From NCBI GenBank assembly GCA_963814345.1, contig CAWFCT010000022.1, positions 171,693 to 235,692 on the forward strand: 64,000 nt of DNA, given 5' to 3'. Made by a program: the position numbers and the translations under genes. The notes beneath the pieces were generated by a model, which was not told the origin of the DNA, searched no databases, and was given only the letters and a program-made list of their open reading frames with translations. Shown here piece after piece: positions 33,981-44,396 of the stretch (the first letter of the stretch is position 1; every line of letters begins with the position of its first letter). The stretch is from an uncultured Gemmatimonadaceae bacterium. GTDB taxonomy: Bacteria; Gemmatimonadota; Gemmatimonadetes; Gemmatimonadales; Gemmatimonadaceae.

Positions 33981-35383
33981 GCATCGATGTGCGGGCGCCC
34001 GAACGGCGGGAACCGCCCGCGTCGGCGCCGGTGTTCTGGACGCGGGACCGCGTGGCGGCCGCGCTCGGGCAGGGGCCGGGGGGCGACGGCCGCTTCAACC
34101 GCGTCTGGACCGATACGCGCACGGTGCAGCGGGCCGATCTCTTCGTAGCGCTGCGGGGCCCGAACTTCGACGGACACGACTTCCTGCGGGCAGCGGTGGA
34201 CGCCGGCGCCGGGGGCGTCGTGGTCTCGGACGCCAGGCGCGGGGCGAATCTCGGAGTGCCGGTGTACGTGGTGGCCGATACCACGCAGGCGCTCGGCGCG
34301 CTGGCGCGGTTCCGACGCCGCGTCTGGAGCGGACCGGTTGTCGGCGTGGTCGGCTCCAACGGGAAGACCAGCACCCGGGCGCTGCTGCAGGCCGCGCTCG
34401 AGTCGCGGCTCGACGTGCATGCGTCGGCCGCCAACTTCAACAACCTCATCGGCGTGCCGCTCACGCTGCTGGCCCTCCCCGACCACGCCGACGTGGCCGT
34501 GGTCGAGATGGGCACCAATTATCCGGGGGAGATCGCCACGCTGCGGATGATCGCCGAGCCGGACATCGTCGTCGTGACGTCGGTGGCCGAGGAGCACCTG
34601 GAAGGACTCGGGGATCTGGACGGCGTGATGCGCGAGGAGCTTTCGGCCTGCGACGGCGTGCCGCTGGCCGTCGTGCCCGCCTCGCAGCCCGACGTCGTGG
34701 CGGAGGCTCGGCGTAGGGCGGCCAGCACGGCGTCGGCCGGACTGGAGGCGGGCGACTGGCGGGCCGATGAGTGGAGCCTCGATGCGGACGGATTCGGGCG
34801 GGCCCGGGTGGGCGCGGTGGAGGTGACCCCTCCGGCGCGGGGGGCGCACCACCTGCGCAACGCGATGCTGGCGCTGGCGGCGGCCGACGCCTGCGGCGTG
34901 TCCGCCGAGGACGCGGCGCGTGGGCTGGCCGGGGCCCGCATGCCCGCCATGCGCGGAACCGTCGAGCGAGTCGGGGGCGCGCTGCTCGTGAACGACGCCT
35001 ACAACGCCAATCCGGCGTCCGTGCTGGCGGGGCTCGAGTTGCTGTCCCGCGTGGGGCAGGGACGCCAGCGCGTCGCCGTGCTGGGCTCGATGCTCGAGAT
35101 GGGCGCGCATTCGGTCCGGGTACACGACACCGTGGCGCGGGCGGCGCTCGACTCACCGGTGGAGCTACTCGTCGGCATCGGCGAGTTCGCCGCCGCCTTC
35201 GATCGTGCCGGAGCGCCCCCCTCGCGCGTCATCACTGCGTCGGACGTGCCTTCGGCGTGGACGGCGCTGGCGCCCCGGCTCCAACCCGACGCCGCCATCC
35301 TGCTCAAGGGATCGCGAGGGGGGCGGCTGGAGCGGATGGCGCCCTTGGTTGCCGGGTGGGCGGCGGAGCATCAACGACAGTAG
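33977..35383 (+). CDS. murF: UDP-N-acetylmuramoyl-tripeptide--D-alanyl-D-alanine ligase MurF
   Basis: Motifs GVVGSNGKTSTR, VVEMGTNYPGEI, DAYNANP and LLKGSRG. ATGA overlap with murE. Confidence 0.9.
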   Translation: MSIDVRAPERREPPASAPVFWTRDRVAAALGQGPGGDGRFNRVWTDTRTVQRADLFVALRGPNFDGHDFLRAAVDAGAGGVVVSDARRGANLGVPVYVVADTTQALGALARFRRRVWSGPVVGVVGSNGKTSTRALLQAALESRLDVHASAANFNNLIGVPLTLLALPDHADVAVVEMGTNYPGEIATLRMIAEPDIVVVTSVAEEHLEGLGDLDGVMREELSACDGVPLAVVPASQPDVVAEARRRAASTASAGLEAGDWRADEWSLDADGFGRARVGAVEVTPPARGAHHLRNAMLALAAADACGVSAEDAARGLAGARMPAMRGTVERVGGALLVNDAYNANPASVLAGLELLSRVGQGRQRVAVLGSMLEMGAHSVRVHDTVARAALDSPVELLVGIGEFAAAFDRAGAPPSRVITASDVPSAWTALAPRLQPDAAILLKGSRGGRLERMAPLVAGWAAEHQRQ

Positions 35384-35390
35384 GGCGGCA

Positions 35391-35414
35391 GGTCAGTAGG
35401 TTGGTGGGTCGGTG
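35391..35414 (+). repeat. Degenerate GGT-rich element related to the 8011-8038 repeat
   Basis: ggtcagtaggttggtgggtcggtg begins 8 nt after the murF stop and is flanked by the inverted GGCGGCA (35384-35390) and TGCCGCC (35413-35419). Confidence 0.5.
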
Positions 35415-35479
35415 CCGCCGCAGCCACGCACCCGCGCCGACCAGTTCACCGTTTCATCACCGCGATCTCACGCGAACAC

Positions 35480-36625
35480 GTGCTCTACCACTTCCTGGTT
35501 CCGCTCATCCACCGGTTCAGAGTCCTGAACCTGTTCACCTACATCACGTTCCGCGCGGCCGGCGCGGCGGTGACGGCGCTCGTGCTGGCGTTCATCGTGG
35601 GACCGATGATCATTGGCCGGCTGCGCCGCCGCGAGGTGACCCAGACGGTGCGCGAAGGCACGCCGGACTCGCACGCCGGCAAGGGCAGCACGCCGACGAT
35701 GGGCGGGCTGATCATCCTGTTCTCGGCCATCACGTCGACGCTGCTCTGGGCTCGCCTGAGCAGCCGGTATATCTGGCTGGCGCTCGCCGTCACCGCGGCC
35801 ATGGGAGGCATCGGGCTGCTGGACGACGTGCTCAAGCTGCACCAGAAGCGCGCCGGCAAGAAGAATCTGGGTCTGGTGGAGCGGTACAAGCTGGCGGGGC
35901 AGGTGACCATCGGGCTGCTGTTGGGGCTGTACGTGTGGCAGTTCCCGCTCGCTCCCGACCTTCCGGGTGCCTCCACGACACTCCCCTTCTTCAAGTACGT
36001 CCTGGTGGTGCCGATCTCGGCGGGTTTCGCGTGGCTGTACGTGGTGTTCACCACGTTCGTGCTCACCGGGGTGAGTAACGCGGTCAACCTCACGGACGGT
36101 CTCGATGGGCTGGCGGCGGGTCTCTCGGCGATCGCGTTCTCGTCGTTCGCCGTGTTCGCGTACGCCATCGGGCGCGTGGACTGGAGCCACTATCTCGGAT
36201 TGTTCTATCTTGCCGACTCCGGCGAGCTGACGGTGTTTTGTACGGCGATGGCGGGCGCGCTGCTGGCCTTTCTCTGGTTCAATACGCATCCCGCCGAGAT
36301 CTTCATGGGCGACACCGGGTCGTTGGCGCTGGGCGGCGGGCTCGGCGCCGTTGCCATTCTGCTCAAGTCGGAGTTCCTGCTGGTGTTCATCGGCGGGGTG
36401 TTCATGTGCGAGACGCTGTCGGTGATGATCCAGCGGAGCGTGTTCAAGTACCGGCGCCGTCGATACGGTGTGGAATACGCGAGGACGCACCGGGTCTTTC
36501 TGCGCGCGCCCATCCATCATCATTTCGAGTTGAAGGGCTGGCCGGAGACGCAGGTGGTGGTGCGGTTCTGGATTCTCGGCCTGCTGTGCACGTTCCTGGC
36601 GCTGGCAACGCTCAAGGTGCGGTGA
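35480..36625 (+). CDS. mraY: Phospho-N-acetylmuramoyl-pentapeptide transferase MraY
   Basis: Motifs GTPTMGG, NAVNLTDGLDGLA and MGDTGSLALGG, with a polytopic membrane profile. GTG start at 35480. Confidence 0.93.
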   Translation: MLYHFLVPLIHRFRVLNLFTYITFRAAGAAVTALVLAFIVGPMIIGRLRRREVTQTVREGTPDSHAGKGSTPTMGGLIILFSAITSTLLWARLSSRYIWLALAVTAAMGGIGLLDDVLKLHQKRAGKKNLGLVERYKLAGQVTIGLLLGLYVWQFPLAPDLPGASTTLPFFKYVLVVPISAGFAWLYVVFTTFVLTGVSNAVNLTDGLDGLAAGLSAIAFSSFAVFAYAIGRVDWSHYLGLFYLADSGELTVFCTAMAGALLAFLWFNTHPAEIFMGDTGSLALGGGLGAVAILLKSEFLLVFIGGVFMCETLSVMIQRSVFKYRRRRYGVEYARTHRVFLRAPIHHHFELKGWPETQVVVRFWILGLLCTFLALATLKVR

Positions 36626-36632
36626 GCCGTTC

Positions 36633-38027
36633 ATGACGCGGAGCGTTGGAGTGGCTGCGGAGTTCGGATGGCTGCGCGGCGAAGTCGCGGTGGTCGGGCT
36701 GGCGCGGAGCGGCGTGGCCGTGAGCCGCCTGCTCGCCCGGCAGGGCGGAACGGTCTACGCCTCGGACGCGGGGGAGGCCCGGGCCATCCACGAGGCCGCG
36801 CAATCGCTGCGGGCCGAGGGCGTGGCGGTGGACGTCGGCGGCCACGACCTCGAGCGCATCGCCGGCGCGTCGCTCGTGGTGACCAGCCCCGGTGTGCCGC
36901 CCGACGCGCCTCCCATCGCGCGCGCGCGCCGGGAAGGGGTTCCGGTGGTGAGCGAGGTGGAGATCGGCCTGCGGTTCCTGCCCGCGCTCCGCTACATCGC
37001 CGTCACCGGCACCAACGGCAAGACCACCACCACCTCGCTCGTCGCGCACCTCTTGCGATCGATGGGGCTCCGGGCGGAGGCGGCCGGGAACATCGGGCGT
37101 CCGCTCAGCGAGTTGGCGCTCTCCCCCGATCCGGCGCCCTGGGTGGCGCTGGAGCTGTCGTCGTTCCAACTGCACGACACGCCGGGGATCGCTCCCGACG
37201 TGGGGGTGCTCACCAATCTGTCGGGCAATCACCTGGACCGGTACGCCAGCGTGGAGGCGTACTATGCCGACAAGGCGCTGCTGTTCCAGAACGCGACGCC
37301 GCGCGCCACGTGGGTGGTCAACGGCGACGACGTCGCCGCGCAGGCCATGACGTGGGACGTGGCGGGGTTGCGCACGGAGTTCTCGACCCTGCAACCGGCC
37401 GACGCCCACTACGATCGCGCGGCGAACCAGTTGGTGGTGCTCGGCGAACCGCTGCTCGCGCGCCACGAGCTGCACCTGGTGGGTGACCACAACGTGGCCA
37501 ACGCGCTGGCGGCCACGCTGGCCGTCATGCTGGCCGAGCGGAGTCACCGCGCCCGGCCGGCCGTGTCGCAACTGGCGCAGGGGTTGCGCGACTTCCGGGC
37601 GCTGGAGCACCGCATCGAGCCGGTGGCGGACATCGACGGCGTGCAGTGGATCAACGATTCGAAATCCACCAACGTGGCGTCGACGCTGGTCGCGCTCCGC
37701 GGCATGGACCGGCCGACCGTGCTGCTGCTCGGGGGGCGACACAAGGGGGAACCGTACACGCCGCTGGCGCCCGAACTCCGCCGGACGGTCAAGCGGGTGA
37801 TCGCCTACGGCGAATCGGCGCCGCTCATCGAGAAGGATCTCCGGAAGGCAGTCCCGGTGGAGCGCTTGCCTCCCGGCACCTCGTTCGAACGCGTGGTGCA
37901 GGCCGCGCGGGCGGCGGCCAGGCCCGGCAATGCGGTGCTGCTGTCGCCGGCCTGCTCCAGCTACGACATGTTCGACAACTACGAACAACGTGGGGCCGAG
38001 TTCAAGCGGCTCGCGGCCGGCCGGTGA
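36633..38027 (+). CDS. murD: UDP-N-acetylmuramoylalanine--D-glutamate ligase MurD
   Basis: Motifs VVGLARSG, AVTGTNGKTTTT and NDSKSTN. Confidence 0.9.
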   Translation: MTRSVGVAAEFGWLRGEVAVVGLARSGVAVSRLLARQGGTVYASDAGEARAIHEAAQSLRAEGVAVDVGGHDLERIAGASLVVTSPGVPPDAPPIARARREGVPVVSEVEIGLRFLPALRYIAVTGTNGKTTTTSLVAHLLRSMGLRAEAAGNIGRPLSELALSPDPAPWVALELSSFQLHDTPGIAPDVGVLTNLSGNHLDRYASVEAYYADKALLFQNATPRATWVVNGDDVAAQAMTWDVAGLRTEFSTLQPADAHYDRAANQLVVLGEPLLARHELHLVGDHNVANALAATLAVMLAERSHRARPAVSQLAQGLRDFRALEHRIEPVADIDGVQWINDSKSTNVASTLVALRGMDRPTVLLLGGRHKGEPYTPLAPELRRTVKRVIAYGESAPLIEKDLRKAVPVERLPPGTSFERVVQAARAAARPGNAVLLSPACSSYDMFDNYEQRGAEFKRLAAGR

Positions 38028-39238
38028 TGGAATACTCCGGCCCCGACGGGTTCGCCGGCGGACCGGACGCCACGCCGGCGCGCCGGGCGGCGATGACGAG
38101 CGGCGCGGACGTGCGGGAACGCTGGCGCATGGGGCCGGAAGCCAAGGCGCTGGTGTTCATTACCGCGGCCGTGCTCGCATTCGGGCTCGCCGTGCTGTAC
38201 AGCGCCAGCGCCATCGTGGCCATGAACGAGAACCGGTCGAGTGCCTACTTCCTGATCCGGCAGTTGGAGGGAACGGCGGTGGGCGTGGTGGCGTTCGCCA
38301 TCGCCGCCAAGATGGACGCGCAGAAATGGGAGAAGTGGGCCTGGCCGCTGATGTGGCTCGCGATCGCGGCGATGACGCTGGCCCTGTTCTCTCCGCGCAT
38401 CCACGGCTCGCGCCGCTTCCTGTTCGGACAGTCGCTGCAGCCGTCCGAACTGGGCAAGTTCGCCGTGATCGTCTGGGTGGCGATGCTGACGGTCAAGAAG
38501 GGCGATCAACTGCGGCACCTCACCAAGGGGATCCTCCCCTTCCTGCTCGTGATCGGGCTGCTCGACGTGCTGGCGGTGCTCGAGCCCGATCTGTCGGTGG
38601 CCATGCTGTACACGCTCCTCATGGCGGTGATCCTGTACGCCGGCGGTGCGCGGATCGGCCACTTCGTGGCCATCGGCGTGGTGGCGACGCCGCTCCTCTG
38701 GTCGCGCGTCGAGAAGCTGCAATACGCCATTCTGCGACTCACGAGCTTCTTCGACCCCGGCTCCGCGCCGGCTACGGTGAGCTACCAGTTGCAGCAGTCG
38801 CTGGTGGCGGTGGGATCGGGCCGGCTGTTCGGCGTGGGGTTCGGCCAGGGGCGGCAGCAGTACGGATTCCTTCCCTTCCCGTATAGCGACTTCATCGCCA
38901 GCAACATCGGGGAGGAGTGGGGGTTCCTGGGGCTGGCGGCGATCACGCTGGCGTTCGCGGCGTTCGGGCTGTTCGGATTCCGCATCGCGCGCCAGGCGCG
39001 ATCGCCCTTCCTGCAGCTGGTGGCCGTGGGGCTGACCTTCGTCACCGTGCTCACCGCCCTGTTGCACGTGGGCGTCGTGGTGGGCCTGCTGCCGACGACG
39101 GGTCTCACACTGCCGTTCGTGTCGTACGGCCGCTCGAATCTCGTGCTCACGCTGTTCACGACCGGGGTACTGGTGAACATCGGCAGCACCAAGGAACGCG
39201 TGTACGGCGCGAACGCCACCAACCCGCTGGGGGAGTAG
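38027..39238 (+). CDS. ftsW: Peptidoglycan glycosyltransferase FtsW (SEDS family)
   Basis: I chose the ATG at 38027 (TGATG overlap). SEDS motifs: QPSELGKFAVIVW, DLSVAML, LPFPYSDFI, LPFVSYGRSN. The dcw position between murD and murG supports the call. Confidence 0.88.
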   Translation: MEYSGPDGFAGGPDATPARRAAMTSGADVRERWRMGPEAKALVFITAAVLAFGLAVLYSASAIVAMNENRSSAYFLIRQLEGTAVGVVAFAIAAKMDAQKWEKWAWPLMWLAIAAMTLALFSPRIHGSRRFLFGQSLQPSELGKFAVIVWVAMLTVKKGDQLRHLTKGILPFLLVIGLLDVLAVLEPDLSVAMLYTLLMAVILYAGGARIGHFVAIGVVATPLLWSRVEKLQYAILRLTSFFDPGSAPATVSYQLQQSLVAVGSGRLFGVGFGQGRQQYGFLPFPYSDFIASNIGEEWGFLGLAAITLAFAAFGLFGFRIARQARSPFLQLVAVGLTFVTVLTALLHVGVVVGLLPTTGLTLPFVSYGRSNLVLTLFTTGVLVNIGSTKERVYGANATNPLGE

Positions 39239-39242
39239 CGGC

Positions 39243-40352
39243 GTGCGGGTGATCTTCGCGGGCGGCGGCACCGGTGGGCACCTGTACCCGGGGTTGGCGA
39301 TCGCCCGCGCGCTGGTGCGCCTGCGTCCCGATATCGAACCGTTCTTCGTGGGGGCGCTCCGTGGCATCGAGCGCGAGGTGCTGCCGAAAGCGGAATTTCC
39401 GTATCAGCTGCTCGACCTGCACCCGCTGCACCGGCGCTCGCCGTGGAAGAACTGGCGCACCGTGGTGAGCGCGGTGACCGTGTGGCGGAAGATCGGCAAG
39501 CTGGTGAAGGAGCAGCGGCCGGCGCTCGTGGTGGGCACGGGAGGCTACGCGTCGGGGCTCATGCTCGAGTACGCCCGCCGTCGCCGGATTCCCATCGTGG
39601 AGCAGGTGGGGGACAGCTTTCCCGGCATCACGGCGCGGCGGTACTCGCGGGACTGCGTGGAGGTCTACCTGACCTTTCCCGAAGCGGCGCGCTATCTGCG
39701 CGTCCGATCGAAGGCGGTGCTCATCGACACCGGGGCACCCATCGATCCCCCGACCTCGATGAGCCTGTCGCGCGGCACCGCGCGCGCCAAGTGGGGATTC
39801 CCGCGGGAGGGCGGCCACGTGGTGCTGGTGTATGGCGGCAGCCAGGGGTCGCAGGCCATCAACCGCGCGGTGGCCGGCTGGCTCAACCTGGGGTTGCCGG
39901 ACGACGTGTACCTCATCTGGATGACGGGGAAGGCGACGTACGGCGAGTTCGCGACGTACGAGAGCGATCGGGTGCGGGTGCGCGAGTACCTGTCACCCAT
40001 TGCCGACGCGTATGCCGCCGCGGATCTCGCCGTGGCGCGCGCCGGCTCGATGACCACCAGCGAACTGTTCGCGTGGAAGATTCCGGCGATCCTCGTTCCG
40101 CTCCCGACGGCGGCGGCGCAGCATCAGACCACGAATGCGGCGACGCTGGAGCACGCCGGCGCCGCGATTCACCTCCCCCAGCACCAGTTGACGGGCCCCA
40201 AGCTGCACGAACTGATCGGCGGATTGCTGGCCGATCCGGCACGGCTGGCGCGAGTTTCAGAGGGTGCGGCGCGCCGCGCGCGCCCGCGCGCCGCCGAGGA
40301 TATCGCGGAACACATCATCGCGCTCGTCGATCGGCCGCCGGTGAAGGCTTGA
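39243..40352 (+). CDS. murG: UDP-N-acetylglucosamine--LPS-independent lipid I transferase MurG
   Basis: Motifs AGGGTGGHLYPGLAIA and ARAGSMTTSELFAW, plus HQTTNA. GTG start at 39243. Confidence 0.9.
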   Translation: MRVIFAGGGTGGHLYPGLAIARALVRLRPDIEPFFVGALRGIEREVLPKAEFPYQLLDLHPLHRRSPWKNWRTVVSAVTVWRKIGKLVKEQRPALVVGTGGYASGLMLEYARRRRIPIVEQVGDSFPGITARRYSRDCVEVYLTFPEAARYLRVRSKAVLIDTGAPIDPPTSMSLSRGTARAKWGFPREGGHVVLVYGGSQGSQAINRAVAGWLNLGLPDDVYLIWMTGKATYGEFATYESDRVRVREYLSPIADAYAAADLAVARAGSMTTSELFAWKIPAILVPLPTAAAQHQTTNAATLEHAGAAIHLPQHQLTGPKLHELIGGLLADPARLARVSEGAARRARPRAAEDIAEHIIALVDRPPVKA

Positions 40353-40391
40353 GTCGCGGGGCGCGCGGCGCCTATATTGCCCGCGCCTTCC

Positions 40392-41768
40392 ATGTCCCTC
40401 ATCGATTCCAGTGACCCGCGCCCCGTCCACTTCGTGGGCATCGCCGGCGCCGGCATGCGCGCACTGGCCGAACTGCTCAGCAGACGCGGGGTGCGGGTCA
40501 CCGGTTGCGACGCCGTCGCCGACGACGTGGGCGATCTGCGCGCCGCCGGTATCGAGGTGTTGACCGGGCACGACCCATCGCACGTGGAGGGCGCGCGCGC
40601 CCTCGTGGTTACCTCCGCGATGCCGCCGGCGCATCCGGAATTGGAGCGGGCGCGCTCGGTCGGGTGCCCGGTGATCCGGCGGGCCGAAGCACTGGGCGAG
40701 GCCACCGCCGGGGCGGAACTCGTGGCGGTGGCCGGGACCCACGGCAAGTCCACGACCACGGTCATGGCAACGGAAGCGCTGGCCGCGGCGGGGCTCGATC
40801 CGACGGCGCTCGTCGGCGCGCGCGTGACCGGTTGGCGCGGCAACCTCCGCCCCGGCGGCACCAGGTTGTACGTGGTGGAGGCCGACGAGTACGACCGGTC
40901 GTTCCTCGCCCTGTCGCCCACCGTTGCCGTGATCACGAACATCGAAGCCGACCACCTGGACATCTATCGCGACCTGGACGACATCCGCGGCGCGTTCGCC
41001 CAGTTCGCGTCGGGGGCGCGCGCGGTGGTCGTCTCCGCCGACGACGAGGTGGCCAACAGGCTGCCGCTTCCGGCGTCGGCCGACGTGGTGCGATTCGGCA
41101 TCCGCTCCACGAAGGCGCGACTCCGCGCCGCCGAAGTGCGGGCGGGGGACGGAGGCACCCGGTTCGACGTGCGGTTCGACGGGACGCGCGTGGGGCAGGT
41201 TCACCTGCGGGTACCGGGCACGCACAACGTGCTCAATGCCCTTGCCGCGCTCGGCGCCGGACTGGCCGAAGGGCGCACGGTGGTCGAGATGGCGCCCGGG
41301 CTCGAAGCGTTCGGCGGCGTGGAGCGCCGCTTCCAGCGCGTGGGCGACGCGGCCGGGGTTGCGGTGGTGGACGACTACGCCCACCACCCCACGGAGATCG
41401 CGGCCACGATCGCCGCGGCGCGCGAAGCATTCCCGGGGCGCCGCCTCGTCGTGGCGTTCCAGCCGCACCTTTACTCGCGCACACGCGACTTCGCACCGGC
41501 ATTCGCCGCGGCGCTCGCCGGGGCCGACGTCATCTTCCTGGCCGACATCTATCCGGCGCGCGAGCAACCGATGCCCGGTGTGTCGGCGGACCTGATCGCG
41601 GACCAGTTCGGCGCGGCGCGCAACCGCCTGCAATGGCGCGGCGGGCGGACGGACATGGCGGAGGCGCTCGCGGCCTCGGTGCGCGATGGCGACGTGGTGC
41701 TCACGATGGGCGCCGGCGACGTGACCCGGGTCGGGCCGGCCCTCGTGGAACGGTTGGGCGGCCGGTGA
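40392..41768 (+). CDS. murC: UDP-N-acetylmuramate--L-alanine ligase MurC
   Basis: Motifs HFVGIAGAGMRALAELL, VAGTHGKSTTT, DEYDRSF and DDYAHHP. I chose the ATG at 40392; TTG 40377 is possible. Confidence 0.9.
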   Translation: MSLIDSSDPRPVHFVGIAGAGMRALAELLSRRGVRVTGCDAVADDVGDLRAAGIEVLTGHDPSHVEGARALVVTSAMPPAHPELERARSVGCPVIRRAEALGEATAGAELVAVAGTHGKSTTTVMATEALAAAGLDPTALVGARVTGWRGNLRPGGTRLYVVEADEYDRSFLALSPTVAVITNIEADHLDIYRDLDDIRGAFAQFASGARAVVVSADDEVANRLPLPASADVVRFGIRSTKARLRAAEVRAGDGGTRFDVRFDGTRVGQVHLRVPGTHNVLNALAALGAGLAEGRTVVEMAPGLEAFGGVERRFQRVGDAAGVAVVDDYAHHPTEIAATIAAAREAFPGRRLVVAFQPHLYSRTRDFAPAFAAALAGADVIFLADIYPAREQPMPGVSADLIADQFGAARNRLQWRGGRTDMAEALAASVRDGDVVLTMGAGDVTRVGPALVERLGGR

Positions 41769-42508
41769 GCGCGGGGCGCGCCGATGGGGCGGGCGTGGAG
41801 TCCCCGCACGCCGGGGGCGAGACGTCCGGCCGCCGCCGGCGCTGGAAGCGGATCGGGTACGTCGTGCTCGCGCTCTGTGTGCTGGCGTCGCCCTGGTGGG
41901 GACCGCCGCTGCTGTCGCATCTGGCCTTCTTCCGCGTGCGTCGTGTGGAAGTGGTGGGAGCGCGCTACACGTCGCCGCGTGACATTCTCCGTCAGCTGCA
42001 CGTCGATACCACGGTGTCGGTGTGGGTCGAGCCGGGTCCCCTGGAGAAGCGGGTGGAGCAGTTGCCGGAGGTGCGCCGGGCCGTGATTCGGCGTAAGCTT
42101 CCGGGGACGCTCGTCGTCGCCGTTACCGAACGGGTGCCGGTGGCGCTGGTGCCGACGCCGCAGGGACTTCGACCGTACGATGCGGCGGGGATGCCGCTGC
42201 CGATCGATCCGTCGCGCTCGCACGTGGACGTGCCGATCGTGACGCCGCGCGACTCGGCGGCCCTGCGCCTGTTGGGCGCCCTGCGGCGGCAGGCGCCGGA
42301 GTTGTACCAGCGCGTGAGCGAAGTGCGGCGGGTGGGAGACGAGTTGGATCTCTCGCTCAGTTCGTTCCTCGTTCGCGCGATGGCCGATGTGACCGTTCGC
42401 CGTCTGGAAGACGTGGAACCGGTGGCGCGAGACCTCGCCAACCGCCGGCTCTCCGTTGCCGAGCTGGATCTCCGCTACCGTGACCAAGTGATCGCCCGAC
42501 TCAAATGA
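41765..42508 (+). CDS. ftsQ: Cell-division protein FtsQ (POTRA domain)
   Basis: GTG start at 41765 (GTGA overlap). One TM helix (IGYVVLALCVLASPWW), then a POTRA-like FRVRRVEVVGARYTSPRDIL and the FtsQ beta domain. Confidence 0.75.
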   Translation: MSAGRADGAGVESPHAGGETSGRRRRWKRIGYVVLALCVLASPWWGPPLLSHLAFFRVRRVEVVGARYTSPRDILRQLHVDTTVSVWVEPGPLEKRVEQLPEVRRAVIRRKLPGTLVVAVTERVPVALVPTPQGLRPYDAAGMPLPIDPSRSHVDVPIVTPRDSAALRLLGALRRQAPELYQRVSEVRRVGDELDLSLSSFLVRAMADVTVRRLEDVEPVARDLANRRLSVAELDLRYRDQVIARLK

Positions 42509-43761
42509 ACGCAGACAATCTCGTCGCCGGTCTCGACATCGGCTCCGCCAAGACCACCGCGATCATCGCCGAAGTCGTCGGCGACCTGCCGCGGCATCCC
42601 TCCATCAAGGTGCTCGGGGTGGGGCAGACCCGCACCACCGGCATGCGGCGCGGGGTCGTGTCCGACATCGAGGAGACGACGCGATCGATCCGCAAAGCCC
42701 TCCAGGACGCCGAACGGATGGCCGGCGTCCAGGTGCAGGAGGTGTACGCGGGGATCGCCGGCGAACACGTGCAGGCGATGACCAGCAAGGGCATCGTCGC
42801 CGTGTCGGGCGACGAGATCACGCGCGCCGACGTGGAGCGCGCCAACGAGGTCGCGCGGGCCCAGGCCATTCCGCAGGACCGCGAGCTGCTGCACGCCATC
42901 CCGCAGGAATACACGGTGGACAAGAACACCGGCATCCGCGATCCCGTCGGCATGAGCGGGATGCGGCTGGAAGTCGAGATGTACCTGGTGACCATCGGCA
43001 GCTCGCCGGCCGTCAATCTCCGCAAGAGCGTGGAGCGGGCCGGCTACAAGGTGCGCGACCTGGTGCTGGAGCCGCTCGCGAGCGCGCTCGCCGTGCTCAC
43101 GGAGGACGAGAAGGAACTGGGCGTCGGGCTCGTGGAGATGGGCGCCGGCACCACGGACATCGCGCTGTTCCACGAGGGCAAGATCCGGCATCTGGGCACC
43201 GTGCCCTTCGGCGGGAACAACGTCACCAACGACATCGTGCACGGGCTGGGCGTGACCCAGTCGGACGCCGAGCGGCTCAAGGAGCGCTACGGCAGCGCCT
43301 ACGAGCCGCTGGTCGATCCGCAGGACATCATCCAGCTCCCGAGCACCGTGGCCCAGGGCGAACGGCAGATCCCCCGCGAACTGCTGGCGCACATCATCCA
43401 CCAGCGCATGGACGAGATCTTCGACCTGGTGCAACACGACATTGCCGGAGCGGGATACGCCAACCGTCTGAGTGCCGGCATCGTGCTCACCGGGGGCGCA
43501 GCCGCCATGGAGGGGTCCGGCGAGCTGGCGGCCGACGTGTTCGGTACCGGGGTGCGCGTGGCGTCACCGGCGGAGAACCTCGGCGGCCTGAGCGATTCGG
43601 TGGAAGCGCCGCGGTTCGCGACGGTGGTCGGGCTCGCCCAGTTCGGCGCCACCCGGCTCGCACTCGGGGCGTCGTCCACGGCGCGGCGCATGTCGGTGGG
43701 AGGGGCCGGGGTGGAGAAATGGGTCCAGCGGCTCAAATACTGGCTTCAGGACTTCTTCTGA
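42505..43761 (+). CDS. ftsA: Cell-division protein FtsA
   Basis: Actin-like ATPase motifs GLDIGSAKTTAII, VEMGAGTTDIALF and IVLTGGAA, with a C-terminal amphipathic tail WVQRLKYWLQDFF. Confidence 0.93.
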   Translation: MNADNLVAGLDIGSAKTTAIIAEVVGDLPRHPSIKVLGVGQTRTTGMRRGVVSDIEETTRSIRKALQDAERMAGVQVQEVYAGIAGEHVQAMTSKGIVAVSGDEITRADVERANEVARAQAIPQDRELLHAIPQEYTVDKNTGIRDPVGMSGMRLEVEMYLVTIGSSPAVNLRKSVERAGYKVRDLVLEPLASALAVLTEDEKELGVGLVEMGAGTTDIALFHEGKIRHLGTVPFGGNNVTNDIVHGLGVTQSDAERLKERYGSAYEPLVDPQDIIQLPSTVAQGERQIPRELLAHIIHQRMDEIFDLVQHDIAGAGYANRLSAGIVLTGGAAAMEGSGELAADVFGTGVRVASPAENLGGLSDSVEAPRFATVVGLAQFGATRLALGASSTARRMSVGGAGVEKWVQRLKYWLQDFF

Positions 43762-43790
43762 TTCTTCCCGGCAGTTCGCCGGTCGGACCG

Positions 43791-44327
43791 TCAGCCTCCC
43801 GGACGGTCGAACAGTGACGGGGCGGCGCGGCCCAGGACCCGCTGTTCGTGCTCCAGGAGCCACCGCTTGCGCTCGATTCCGCCCCCGAACCCCGTGAGCG
43901 AGCCGTTGGCGCCCACGACCCGGTGACAGGGTACCACGATCGAGATCGGATTCCGGCCATTGGCCGCGCCCACGGCGCGGGCGGCACCGGGGCTGCCCAG
44001 TCGGTGGGCGAGCTCCCCGTATGACGTGAGCTGCCCGAACGGGATGCGCCGGAGTTCCGCCCACACCCGATGCTGAAAGTGCGTGCCGACCGGGTCCAAC
44101 GGGAGATCGAACTGCGTGCATTCACCGCTGAAATAGGCGGTCAACTGCTCGCGGGTGCGCGCCAAGATGCCGGATGCCGGGTTGCGGCCGTCATCACGCG
44201 CCCAGACGGCGCGCGCCGTTGCCGCGGGGCCGTGTCGGTGTCGCGCGAAGTAGACGGCGGCGAGCCCGCGTTCGCTGGCCGCGAGCGTCAACTCGCCGAC
44301 CGGGCTGGGCATGGTGACGAAGTGCAT
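43791..44327 (-). CDS. ogt: Methylated-DNA--protein-cysteine methyltransferase (Ogt/Ada C-terminal type)
   Basis: Active-site PCHRVV motif, plus [12 protein letters not shown] and [12 protein letters not shown]. It is the only real minus-strand gene I accept in the window. Confidence 0.88.
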   Translation of the reverse strand: MHFVTMPSPVGELTLAASERGLAAVYFARHRHGPAATARAVWARDDGRNPASGILARTREQLTAYFSGECTQFDLPLDPVGTHFQHRVWAELRRIPFGQLTSYGELAHRLGSPGAARAVGAANGRNPISIVVPCHRVVGANGSLTGFGGGIERKRWLLEHEQRVLGRAAPSLFDRPGG

Positions 44328-44396
44328 CGTGCCTGGGAAGGTAGGGGCGTACGGCGTGAAAAATCCACATCAAAAACCTGCTATCGCATCACCGTC

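Noticed and set aside
43791-44327. ogt as cargo of a mobile element
   Set aside because: No transposase, integrase, terminal inverted repeats or target-site duplication is visible around it. I report it only as a synteny anomaly.
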